A stretch of 60,848 nucleotides of DNA, the filler included, from Basidiobolus ranarum (taxonomy: Eukaryota), in the NCBI GenBank assembly GCA_040143965.1. It is 13 parts of 13 records of this genome, joined end to end, with 100 filler letters (N's around TTAATTAATTAA, not from the genome) between each part and the next. Parts side by side here need not be neighbours in the genome. Positions count along the whole stretch, not along the records: positions 1 to 4,601 come from JASJQH010001896.1; positions 4,702 to 9,299 come from JASJQH010001897.1; positions 9,400 to 13,996 come from JASJQH010001898.1; 10 more parts are not named here. One strand, 5' to 3'. Position numbers and translations under genes: made by a program. The notes under the pieces are model-generated. The model was not told the origin of the DNA and made no database searches. It saw only the letters and a program-made list of their open reading frames with translations. Shown here piece by piece: positions 1 through 10,864 of this stretch (positions are counted from its first letter, which is position 1; every line of letters starts with the position of its first letter).

Positions 1-186
1 ATCCAGCCAGGATATCAGGGATGTGACTCATATGGCCATGTTGCCGTAGTTGAAAGCATCAATGATGATGGAAGTGTATACACGAGTAACTGGAACTACA
101 AGGTCAATGGGGAAGGAGGTCCTTATATCACCACTTACGTCACATTCAACACTGGTGAAGGAGTATCATTCATCTGGTATGAGTAG
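1..186 (+). CDS. C-terminal part of a CHAP-domain (cysteine/histidine-dependent amidohydrolase/peptidase) protein, 5'-truncated by the window edge
   Basis: Frame 1 reads IQPGYQGCDSYGHVAVVESINDDGSVYTSNWNYKVNGEGGPYITTYVTFNTGEGVSFIWYE* (TAG 184-186). YGHVAVVE..NxDGSV..SNWN matches the catalytic-His half of bacterial CHAP domains. Not in the ORF track because no start codon is present. Confidence 0.8.
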   Translation: MQPGYQGCDSYGHVAVVESINDDGSVYTSNWNYKVNGEGGPYITTYVTFNTGEGVSFIWYE

Positions 187-614
187 ATACCACTCCTGAT
201 TATAGATACCCACAAAAGATAAAGCAACCAGCTATCTTTTGCTTCTTATTCCCTTTTCATACTTTTAATATAGAGTAATTAGAACATACTGATTGCAAAA
301 TAGAAATATCCTTAACGCGATGCTTAACATGATATATTTATACCTCAATAAAGTATTGTGACCCGAGAATGTTCGGATACCTTGAATTGTAGTGATGATA
401 AGTGAGGAGAAAGTGGTACTTCTATTACGAGAAATGTATAATTCATAGTAAAGCTATCAAGCGGTTACCGTTATGCACAAATAATAAGAAGTGAATTCCC
501 TATTTGTGTACTGAATTCAGTAAATTGATCGAGTTGCATAGAAAAAAACGATGAAATAGCAGGCGCACTTTTATAATACTTGGTTTATGTAAACAATAAA
601 AGTAGAATCAAGAA

Positions 615-1869
615 TCAATGATTGGAATTGAAGACCAAAAGATTAGGAGTGGTGCCCTTCAACCCAATGATTACATTTCTGGTAGCTCTGGAAACAAGTG
701 CGGCGTACACTTGGGCTGGCGAATGCAAACCACCCTGAGATAAGTACAAAGCTGCTACTCCAGCAACGTGAGGAGTGGCCATACTAGTACCAGAGCCTTT
801 GTGGCTAGCTGATGTACTGCCTACCCATGCTGAGGTGATTTCTTGACCAGGTGCGAAGAGTTTAACACATTTGCCGTAGTTACTGAAACTAGCAGCCTTG
901 TCAGTGCTGTTCGTGGCTCCAACAGTGAAGGCTAATCTTGCATTAGCTGGTGAAACACTGCAGGCATCTTTACTATCATTGCCAGCACCTACAATGAAAG
1001 ATACTCCAGCCCTGACTGCAGCATTGACCGCTTGCTTCAGCGCCTCACTGTCATCACCAGCAAGGGACATATTAGCGACGCTCTTACGACCACTGGCCTT
1101 GGCTTGCTTAGCTACCCAATTGATTCCAGAGATGATTCCGGACGTAGTACCACTGCCATCTCCACTGATTACCTTGACGCCAATGAGTTTAACTTTCTTT
1201 GCCACACCATAACTGGCTCCTCCAACTGTACCAGCGACATGAGTTCCGTGTCCATGAAGATCATCAACTGCCTCACCAGTGATGAAGCTGACAGGCAGCG
1301 ATGCTCTGCCTTCAAAATCAACATGTCTGAAATTAATACCAGAGTCAATGATGTATACATCTACTCCTTCACCAGCACGTCCTGGATATTTATATGGAGC
1401 ATTGATATTCAATGCACGTTGGGAGATTCTAGTAAGACCCCAACTTGGTGGATTATTTTGCACTCCCGAGACGGTGAAAATTTTTTCAGCTTCAACATAC
1501 TCAACATCACTGTTTGTCTTGAGCTCGCTGACGAGGGCCTCACTGAGAGTACCAGAGTAAGCATTGAAGTTCTCCAGATTAAACTGGTTCTTGAGTTCAT
1601 TTTTGAGGGAGTTGCTACCACTACGTCCACGATTATATTGATCAAGCTTTGTCTTTAGGAATTGGTCAACTAAAATCCAAATTTCGAATAAGCTTGTATT
1701 ATTATATTTATTATCTTTACCAAGATACTCTACCTTTTGTATAATCAGCGCCTTCTTTGATCTTGACGATGTAACTGTTGGAGATGGCGGCGTTTTGGGC
1801 ATCAGTAAGTGGCATAGCCAAGAGGATAGCAAGAAGAGATCCCAAAGTAATTAAGCGAGCATTGACCAT
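615..1869 (-). CDS. Secreted subtilisin-like serine protease (S8A, proteinase K type) with I9 propeptide; 2 exons (1869-1734, 1669-615)
   Basis: Signal peptide MVNARLITLGSLLAILLAMP; 64-nt GT..AG intron at 1733-1670 restores the frame; triad motifs IIDSG, HGTHVAG, GTSMATPHVAG. Confidence 0.95.
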
Positions 1870-2642
1870 AGTGAAATTGGCAATACTTTTATCAGATACA
1901 AAGAGGAGTTTTATGAATGAAAACTCCTTTGTTCTAGTCTATTTTATACATTTCTTCGTTTTGACGCTTATCTTACTCAGTGACGTAAACAGGATTATCC
2001 TCCAGTTATTGAAACGATACAGTGTACTGGGAATAGAGAACGAAATTAGTGGTATGGCAATGTCGTAATTATATAAACAATCCTATCGTCTATATTTCAC
2101 ACATTTTAGAATGCAGCTAATGCCTGTATATATCAGTCAATGGTTACCACAGTCAATCCAAAGATCATTTCTGAACACACTCCAGATGACACGCGGTATT
2201 TTTTATGTGTGGTTGATCTTTGCCAAGTAAAATCTTAGATGAGAAAATCTACGAGAATAGAACTTGAAAAGTTTGTTACTATAAGATGAAGATACAATAT
2301 TGTCTACCCTCGCTGATCATTACCTCATAGAGTGAATCATTCATTATGTCAATTTTAGAGTACTTTGATGTAGAAATATCCGGATTGTAGAAACCGAAAT
2401 CCAGATTTCTCAAACTTGGGTTACTATTCAGTGAGCTAAGTTAGGAAGGTTGGTGAAATACAATGATGCTCTCACACTGGTTAACTAAATATGTTTAAAA
2501 TATAAATATAAACCTAATGCTTGGCAAAGATGTTCGACTCAAGATAGACATCCTTGTATCTATGGGATATATGTATTACAACTGAAGTATGATATGTTTA
2601 TTGATAACGTAGGCGCTCTTATTCCATATCATATAGAACATA

Positions 2643-3896
2643 TTACTGGTTTGAGTTGAATACCAAGAGATTGGGGGTGACTCCTTTCAATCCTGTGACC
2701 ACATTCTTAGTGGCCTTGGAGACAAGAGCTGAGTACACGTCGGCTGGTGTGTTAAGATTACCTTGGGATAGATATAAGGCGGCAACACCAGCAACATGAG
2801 GACTGGCCATGCTTGTTCCAGAAATTCTCTTTCTAGCCGAGGTACCTCCAATCCATGCTGAGGTAATATCTTGACCAGGTGCTGAGAGTTTGACACATTC
2901 GCCGTAGTTGCTGAAGCTAGCAGCACTATCATTGATGGTACTAGCACCAACAGCGAATGCCAACCCGGCGTTGGCTGGAGAGACATTGCAAGCATCTTGA
3001 CTCTCGTTTCCAGCTGCTACAATGAAAGTTACTCCGGCATTGACTGCAGCATCTACAGCTTGCTTCAGTGCCTCACTATTACCGCCGCCAAGGGACATGT
3101 TGGCAACACTCTTGCGGCCACTAGTTTTTACCTGCTGTGCCACCCAGTTAACACCTGCGATTACTCCGGAGGTAGTACCACTACCACTTCCACTGAGTAC
3201 TTTAACACCAATTAGCCTGACTTTCTTAGCCACACCATAACTTGCCCCTCCAACTGTTCCGGAGACGTGAGTACCATGGCCATTAAGATCATCAGTGGCT
3301 TCACCATCGATGAAACTAACTGGCAATGTTGCTCTGCCTTCGAAGTCAGAGTGTTTAACACTAATACCAGTGTCAATGATATATGCATCTACCCCCTCTC
3401 CCGCTGTATCTGGGTAGTTGTATTGTTCATTGGTATTCAATACACGTTGAGATACTCTTGGTAGACCCCAGCTTGGTGGATTATACTGAGCACCAGAGAT
3501 GGTAAAAATTTGCTCAGCCTCGACATATTCAACATCATTATTTGTCTTGAGGTCACTGACTAGATCTTGACTAAGAATACCAGCATAAGCGTTGAAGTTT
3601 TCCCAAGTGAACTGATTCTTGAGTTCATTTTTTAGAGTATTATTACCGCTACGCCCACGATTATATTGATCAAGTTTTGTCTTTAGAAATTGGTCCACTA
3701 TTATATCAATTTAAAAATTTGTTAACATTACTTTGAATATTACATCTATCACTGACCTACCTTTTTGAGTATCAGCGCCCTCTTTGATTTTGACGATATA
3801 ACGGTTAGAGATATCCACATTTTGTACTTCAGTAATTGGCATAGCCAAGACGATAGCAAGAAGAGATCCCAGAGCAAGTATACGAATATTGATCAT
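2643..3896 (-). CDS. Secreted subtilisin-like serine protease (S8A), tandem paralog; 2 exons (3896-3761, 3697-2643)
   Basis: Signal peptide MINIRILALGSLLAIVLAMP; 63-nt intron at 3760-3698 in the same position and phase as the paralog; IIDTG, HGTHVSG, AAGN, GTSMASPHVAG. Confidence 0.95.
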
Positions 3897-4490
3897 AGTT
3901 ATCAAAGGAAGAGAAAAGAACTATTTTATCATAAGCAGTCAAACTACGAATTTTTATATGTTTATGACAGCACTAAATTCGCAACATTCATGTTGATCAA
4001 CTTTAGAGTCATTTGACTTGTTTCAAAGTCCACCAACCCTGACCCACCTCCCTATGAAATGGGTGTTGAAGTTCTCTCCCTAAGATACCTCAGATTAAGG
4101 CTGAACAGTAGAGATGATTAGAAGAATAGATGCACGAGATATCATATAGTACACTTTTCATCAACTCGATATAAAGATTCTTTCAGTTAGTGAATGAACC
4201 AAATGGATATCTAAGTTAACTCATATAAAGAATTGATTTTCCCTCCTATATTTCTCCCTTCTCCCCCTAAATCCGGATGTTCGGGTCTATCATTTCTATA
4301 TTAGTGATCAAACCATGTTCGTTAGGAATTTGTCTTGGTATCTTCCCATGTAAGATAAGTGAGTAAGCAAAGTAATCTACTTGTTTTCTAATTGAATTCA
4401 ATGCTCTTTCAATAAATAAAAAATCTCAACCAAGAGGAATCACGAAATATTTGAGAAATACACCCAAGTACGTATATAAATAAGATTAAA

Positions 4491-4538
4491 TTCATTGTGA
4501 CTGACATACAGTGTTCATTGTGACTGACATACAGTGTT
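4491..4538. repeat. Perfect 23-bp tandem duplication
   Basis: TTCATTGTGACTGACATACAGTG twice, followed by TT. Confidence 0.9.
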
Positions 4539-4601
4539 GTAAAGACTACATTTACTTGACCATATTCACATGATTGTGGTAACATGGATGGGAAAAGTCA
4601 C

Positions 4602-4701
4602 NNNNNNNNNNNNNNNNNNNNNNNNNNNNNNNNNNNNNNNNNNNNTTAATTAATTAANNNNNNNNNNNNNNNNNNNNNNNNNNNNNNNNNNNNNNNNNNN
4701 N
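4602..4701. other. Artificial contig linker N44-TTAATTAATTAA-N44 (first of 12)
   Basis: Identical 100-nt linkers also at 9300-9399, 13997-14096, 18693-18792, 23388-23487, 28080-28179, 32770-32869, 37456-37555, 42138-42237, 46818-46917, 51496-51595 and 56174-56273. The core gives stops in all six frames. Confidence 0.99.
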
Positions 4702-4725
4702 GTTTCCGGTGGTTTTTTTTCTTAG

Positions 4726-5752
4726 GCCTTTATGGTTTCGACAAAATGGGTTAGTGTCTACACCGTTTAAGCTGTTGTTGTTTACAGGTGACTTATGTTC
4801 CTTTATCTTAGGTCCTGAGTCCTTCCCAGCTCTTCAGATTCATTATTGGCAGGGTATCAAGGAAGCGCTTGAAAAGATAGGTGCCAAAGTAATTGTTACT
4901 GGTGTTTCGAGGCACGTATGTTTCTAAGTCTGACTAAGCAATCCAACACGACTAACATCGTTGCAACCTTAGGACAGGAGAAATTAAACGACGTGCCGAG
5001 GAAATCCATCGTGTCTTAGAGATGACCGCTGCCGGCAATCAAATTAACTTTGTTGCTCATTCCATGGTAAATTTTCTATTCATCTAAATTTCTATCGAAC
5101 TTGTAGTAATATGAAATTTCAGGGTGGTTTGGATTGCCGATATCTCATCAGTCATTTAAAGCCTAAAACGTACAAAGTAAAATCTTTGACTACACTTTGT
5201 ACACCACATCGAGGAAGTCCATTTATGGACTGGTGTAGAGATCAATTTGGTGTTGGATTTGTCTCTCTAGGTGATGTCGCCCAAACGGTATATCCCGATC
5301 GGATGCAAAAGAAGCGATCAATCATCAAATACTTGTCACCATCCAATCCGACTTATCCCCAAGGGTTTCATCCTGATCTTGGGTGGATAAGTTTCCTACT
5401 TGACGAGCCAGCTTATGCTAATCTTACTACCGACTATTGTCGCAAATATTTTAATCCTAATACACCGGATTCTCCCGATGTTGCCTACTACTCGTATGGA
5501 GCCCAAGCAAAGTCACTTTCTTGGGCCTCACCTCTATGGTTTACTCACGACATTATCATGAACAAAGAAGGGGAAAATGATGGCATGGTGAGTCTTGGAT
5601 CTGCTCAATGGGGCAAGTATGTCGAAACCATAGAGGCTAATCACTGGGAACTGAACAATAGATTCCGTATTAGCACTATTGGACAACACCGATTCGACGC
5701 TGTTGACTTCTTTCTCCGAGTGGCAACACAATTGTACCAAGAAGGTTATTAG
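4726..5752 (+). CDS. Alpha/beta-hydrolase triacylglycerol lipase (TGL2-like), 5'-truncated; exons 4726-4749, 4812-4911, 4973-5066, 5123-5752
   Basis: Spliced product GLYGFDKMGPESFPALQIHYWQGIKEAL...INFVAHSMGGLDCRYLISH...TPHRGSPFMDW...ENDGMVS...ANHWEL: AHSMG nucleophile elbow plus Asp and His of the triad; introns of 62, 61 and 56 nt. Confidence 0.9.
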
Positions 5753-6849
5753 ATGATAATATATATAACTGTCATCACCGACCCCAATGTAGTGCTAGTT
5801 ATTTAGATACCTCAGCCTTTCGCATTTCCCATTAACCCGGAAGCCAACATTAATCCCTCTGTACCTTTTCTCACAACAAGTTTTATTTTATTTACATTAC
5901 AATATACCTTGCCATTATTCTCCACCTCCGAGGCCAACATATCTCCCCTAAATTTTCTTGGCCTCTCATTTTGAACACTTTGTATTTGCTTTATGATATT
6001 CATCTCGTCTTTCGTTATCCTTGTACAAAAAATAAATTATCAATTGTCTACATTACTGACTACCATTCGTAAATGAATCCCCATTGTACCACGCATCATT
6101 ATGCTCTGAGATTTACCATTTTTGTTCGATCATCGTTGTTGATTTCCCGTTGTTTCCTTTGCCGAGAACTTGTCTGTTACACGAGGAGGAGTTTTACCAT
6201 TGGCGTTTACTAGTCATTGACTGGCGTAAATTCCACTTTGCTCTCCGAAGAAATAACCACGTTCGTGTGTATCCATACCGGTTTTGCTCAGCCTCGTGAT
6301 TGTCCGACTTATTTACGTACGTGTTTCGTGATGCGCCACATGCATGAAGAAAACACCTCCATTTTTCTGCAACATGATGCCTTTTGTTCATTCGGGACCA
6401 ATATTTATTAGCTCATTGTGAGACCAAAACTAAGCTAAGATAACTTTGGTAATGATCATCAAGCCCTATTGTAGGATAATGAATAACGATTATTATGTCA
6501 CTGTTATTCTAGTATGGTTGGATGTAGTCAGAGTGGCACTCCTATTTAAATCGGAAAACTTGAGATGAGAATACAATAGGAGTCATTTATACACACAAGG
6601 GAAGTATTCACATACAAGTATTCCTATATCAGTCTTGGAAGTTCAAGTTCATCCCGAATGTTACCTTTGGAATGCTTAGCAAGGTCAAAACTGTATTTAT
6701 TAATTTGGTTTGTGAATTAACTCTTCATTCAAATATAATATCCGTTACTGACTAGTTTAAATGTTATCGGCTACAATAGACCGTGGTCATCTTGAAGTGG
6801 AATTGATTGCATCTGTTTAGAAAATCTCTTGGTTTGTATGCTCTTCTTG

Positions 6850-7065
6850 TCAACACTTTGTATTTCACCCCTTTGCTTGATAAACTAGTGTAACATTTCT
6901 AGCTTTGCTTCAAAGTAGTACTCAGCAGTATTACATTGGCTTACTATTTCTTGCCATTCTATATATATATTATCCCAAAGTTCAGCAATCAGCTCATCAT
7001 CAATGTTGCAACCAGGCAAATATTGTAGATTTTGTCACATCATATACCACACCGTCTATTGCTAT
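6850..7065 (-). mobile_element. Possible Tc1/mariner transposase C-terminal remnant
   Basis: Disrupted frame TVWYMM*QNLQYLPGCNIDDELIAELWDNIYIEWQEI...IKQRG resembles the Tc1 C-terminal pattern (IExxW...L...W..I...I...G). Short and degenerate. Confidence 0.35.
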
Positions 7066-7351
7066 TACCAATACTCCTATATATTTTAGAATAAACACCC
7101 TCCTCTTTATGTAGTTTGCGATTGGCACTGGCTGTGCAGGTTGTCTTTGTGCCTTGATTCTATTCGAATCCCCGAATCCCACCTTAAAGCATCACTTACT
7201 GGACTTCATGAATTATTTTCAATAAATTTGATTTAGATGCATTCTAAAAGTATTTGCCTGAAAAATATTCAAAGTACTAGTTAATTTTGGGGTGGATAAA
7301 TGATGCTTCAAAAGATGTTGGGCTTTTTTAGTAACTACTACTAGTTAGAAT

Positions 7352-7756
7352 TGTTGAAATTAATATTGTCTAAACACCTATTTAGACCTTCCTTAGGATT
7401 AGTTTATATGACTATTTAGTTGAGATTGTTGAAATTAGCATTGCCTAAATACCTATATAGTCATATATAGCTTAGCATTTAGTTATCCTATATTTTACTA
7501 TTACATTACTCATTATTCTCAATTGGAATTTACTTAGAAGTTCTTGGATATATATATTTTTCAAACTTGTGCCAGAAGCCCCAAACTTTGCACACATGTT
7601 CCTGGGATGCTCCTTAAAATATTTTACATGCTTGAGTGCTTATCTCTTGAAAATGCTATAAATGTCAACTTTCTACTTAATAAACCGATAAGTGAAAACC
7701 ACCAATTTCTGTAGTTCTCCAAACTACTTCCAACAGGCTCCCAAAGTACTTTAATA
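7352..7756 (+). mobile_element. Copia family A solo LTR with duplicated/rearranged 5' end; TSD AGAAT
   Basis: TGTTGAAATT start at 7352, a restart at 7427, end ..TACTTTAATA at 7756; AGAAT at 7347-7351 and 7757-7761. Confidence 0.85.
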
Positions 7757-8100
7757 AGAATAACATGTTTTACTGCAAGAGAAAGCTGAATAAAGTTACC
7801 CGAGTCATGAAGAAGTGGTACTCTCAAAAAATATTGACAGATAACCAATTTTTGGAAGTATTCAAGTAAAATATATGAATACTTGAATCCAATGCAGATT
7901 GTTATTAGTAAATGAGTGTACAGTAAATGGGGTATTGAACTTTTAGATTATTGTCAAGCATATAATATTACTATATGAGCACTTATTTATGTCAAGAGGA
8001 ATTTAAAAGGACACAGGAAAGAGAGTTTGCAGATGAAACAAAAACTACACAAGCATCTTGTTTCCAAAATAGCCAGCCAGAGAAAAGCACTGGTAGCTGT

Positions 8101-8386
8101 TGTTGAAAATGACATAGCTTAAGCATCTATATAGTAATATGGCTAGCTACCTAAATTTCACTATGTTATTATTCAATATCTTCATAAGGGATTTACTGAA
8201 AATATTGAGACCAACTTCAGAGTTTGAACACTATATGATTTTCTCAAGCTTTGTGCTACACTTGTTAGTTTATCTACTTCTTGACAAAAGTATGAATGTC
8301 AAGTTGAACAAAATAAATCATTAAGTGAAAACCACCAATTCTTGTAGTTCTCTAAATCACTGAACAACTCCCAAAATACTTCAACA
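8101..8386 (+). mobile_element. Copia LTR, variant family B (related to family A)
   Basis: TGTTGAAAATGACATAGC...CCCAAAATACTTCAACA; shares the GTGAAAACCACCAATT core with family A; similar pieces at 10572-10864 and 21991-22110. Confidence 0.75.
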
Positions 8387-8449
8387 TATATTGTATGTGC
8401 AACTTTCAGATTGCTGGGCCAGCACATATCTATTATCACTATTTACTAT

Positions 8450-8700
8450 ATCACTATTTATAGCAGATTGGAAAATATCTCAAATTGGCTACTTGAACTT
8501 GTCCAGGGCTAACAAATGGATATCAACATTAGCTCTAAGTTTGAACTACTTTCAGGCAATATCTAGAAATATTATGGCTATTGAAATTAATCTGAGAACT
8601 GATCACTAAGGCCCAGTTTAACATGCTTAAGATGATTATTAATACCTACATTGTGTGTAGAAAGATGGAGTGAATCCTGCTGATATATTAGAGTTAAGCA
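8450..8700 (+). mobile_element. Possible degenerate Gypsy RNase H remnant
   Basis: LALSLNYFQ...INLRTDH* then, in another frame, GVNPADIL; resembles the Gypsy RNase H TDH and NxxAD motifs. Confidence 0.35.
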
Positions 8701-9399
8701 TCTAAATAAATATATATATTTATAATATTTATTTATTTACTGAACCTTGGTCTGTCAAAATGGCAATATTTGATGGGATATACCTTTGAAAAATGGAAAA
8801 TGACAAACTCGTCCAAAATTACCCCCAGTTTCCGCAGTATCTTAGCTACATATTCATTTTCTTATTTTCTTTAGTTCCAATACAATCAAACATTGAAGGG
8901 CAAGTCACATTCTTCTTAATGTCTTGGACACTTTCAATTGATCCCAAATCCTTACAACAGTTCCAATCAGGGGTTTCTGGCTTCAGCAAGCCATCATAAG
9001 CAGTGCCATAGGTTATTTAAGGAGAACAATGAGTTTTGCAAGAGAAGCACTAATTGTTGTAATGGCATGATAAATTGAGATCTCCATATTGTATACTCGT
9101 CACATGTAGGTCCCAATTAGATTAGTATGAGTCATTACTAAGGATTTATCCTCTCCAATATTTGAAATTACAATTCAAGAACTCACCAAGCAGCACTTCC
9201 ACTACTTGGCTAACGTCCTTCTGTTAGGATACCGGAGCACAACAAGTGTACTCTATTTGTATTCATCTAAATATGGAGAAGGTAAGCATCGTCGCTTTCN
9301 NNNNNNNNNNNNNNNNNNNNNNNNNNNNNNNNNNNNNNNNNNNTTAATTAATTAANNNNNNNNNNNNNNNNNNNNNNNNNNNNNNNNNNNNNNNNNNNN

Positions 9400-9650
9400 T
9401 GGAATTTACTTAGAATATTTTTACCAACTTAGAAGTTCTCAGATATATAGATTTTTCAAACCTGTGCTAGAAGCCCCAAACTTTGCACACATGTTTCTGG
9501 GACCTTCCTTAACATATTCTACACATTAGTTTGCTTACATCTTGACAAAACTATAAATGTCAACTTTCTACTGAATAAATCAATAAGTGAAAGCCACCAA
9601 TTCCTCTAATTCTCCAAACCACTTCCAACAGGCTCCCAAATACTTTAACA
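9400..9650 (+). mobile_element. Copia family A LTR, 3' part (cut by the contig start)
   Basis: Matches the LTR-A consensus and ends ..CCCAAATACTTTAACA at 9650. Confidence 0.9.
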
Positions 9651-9852
9651 ATATCAATATTGATGATGGCTAAGCATGGTACAGCTACATTTGTACTCTT
9701 TTATCTTAGAAAGTAAACTAAGTGACTGGTGCAAAAAACCATCCATATTGATATAGGACACTTGCCTTTGATAGATTTTACTTCAAGTATTTGGTATGAA
9801 TTGAAAACATCTAGGATAAGTTAAAGAAATATGTGATTTACACTTGATATTT

Positions 9853-10571
9853 TGTTAAATTGGAAATAATTATTTCCAAATATTTTGGGAGCCTGTTGGA
9901 AGTGGCTTAGAGAACTAGAGAAAGTGTTAGTTTTTACTCATGGATTTATTGAGTAGAGTGGACATTTCTAGCTTTGCCAAGATGTAAACAAACCAACATG
10001 TGGAATGTGTTAAAGAAGGTCCCAGGTGTTGAAATTAGCATTGCCTAAGCACCTGTATTGTCATATATAGCTTAGTACTTAGTTATCTTATATTGAACTA
10101 AGATATTACTCAGTATTCTCAATTGGAATTTACTTGAAATATTTTTACCAACTTAGAAGTTCTCAGATATATGAATTTTTCAAACTTTTGTTAGAAGCCC
10201 CAAATTTTGTACACATGCTTCTGGCATCTTTCTTAACATATTCAACATGCTGGGTTGCTTACACCATGACAAAACTATAAATGTCAACTTTCAACTCAAC
10301 AAATCAATATGTGAAAACCACCTACTTCCCTGTTTCTCTAACCATTTCCAACAGGCTCCCAAGTACTCTAACACCATGAACATGTGTGCAAAGTTTGGGA
10401 CCTCTAGCACAAGTTGTCAAAATGTATGTATATGAGAACTTCTAAGTTGGTACAAATGCTCAAAGTAAACTCCTCTTAAGAAAAATGTGAAATATCTTAG
10501 TTCAAAATAGAATAATTAATACTTTAACAATATATGGCTATATGGGTGTTTAGGCAATGCTAATTTCAACA
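9853..10571 (-). mobile_element. Copia family A LTR interrupted by a second LTR-A
   Basis: Reverse-orientation LTR-A in two parts (9853-10026, 10374-10571), ending ..GCTAATTTCAACA. Confidence 0.85.
10027..10373 (+). mobile_element. Nested Copia family A solo LTR (opposite orientation); near-TSD CCAGG/CCATG
   Basis: TGTTGAAATTAGC at 10027 to ..CTCTAACA at 10373; flanking 5-mers differ by one base. Confidence 0.9.
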
Positions 10572-10864
10572 CAAAATAGTCATACAGCATACTCCTTAAT
10601 TTGCACTGTGTTATTATTCAATATCTTTATCAGGAAATTACTTGGAAGTTCTCAGATTATATACTTTTCACAAACTTGTCCAAGAAGCTCTAAACTTGGC
10701 ATACATGTTTCTGAAATCTTCATAAACATATTCTACATGTCAATTTTCCTACTTCTTGACAAAAGTATAATTGACTACCTTCACTCCCAAAAATCATTAT
10801 GTGAATACCATCAATTCTTCTAGTTCTCCAAAGCACTTCCAACAACTCGCAAAATACTTCAACA
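10572..10864 (+). mobile_element. Copia LTR family B, 3' portion
   Basis: Similar to 8130-8386 and ends ..CAAAATACTTCAACA. Confidence 0.7.

Noticed and set aside
615-1832. ORF-track N-terminus MLSSWLCHLL... for subtilisin 1
   Set aside because: Read-through of the 64-nt intron; the real start is ATG 1869 with a signal peptide matching the paralog.
898-3464. Several plus-strand ORFs overlapping the subtilisins
   Set aside because: Antisense shadows of the protease genes with no motifs of their own.
4491-4538. 23-bp direct repeat as a CRISPR-like array
   Set aside because: Only two abutting copies with no spacer, in eukaryotic DNA.
5812-6411. Cluster of short ORFs downstream of the lipase
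   Set aside because: No recognisable motif or consistent exon chain.
7000-7182. IAIDGVVYDVTKS resembling a cytochrome b5-like domain
   Set aside because: No HPGG or heme-ligand context and a stop follows shortly; an overlapping frame fits a Tc1 remnant better.
8850-9299. Coding-looking minus-strand segments (YGTAYDGLLKPETPDWNCC...)
   Set aside because: Could be a terminal exon, but no family or reliable splice structure could be assigned.
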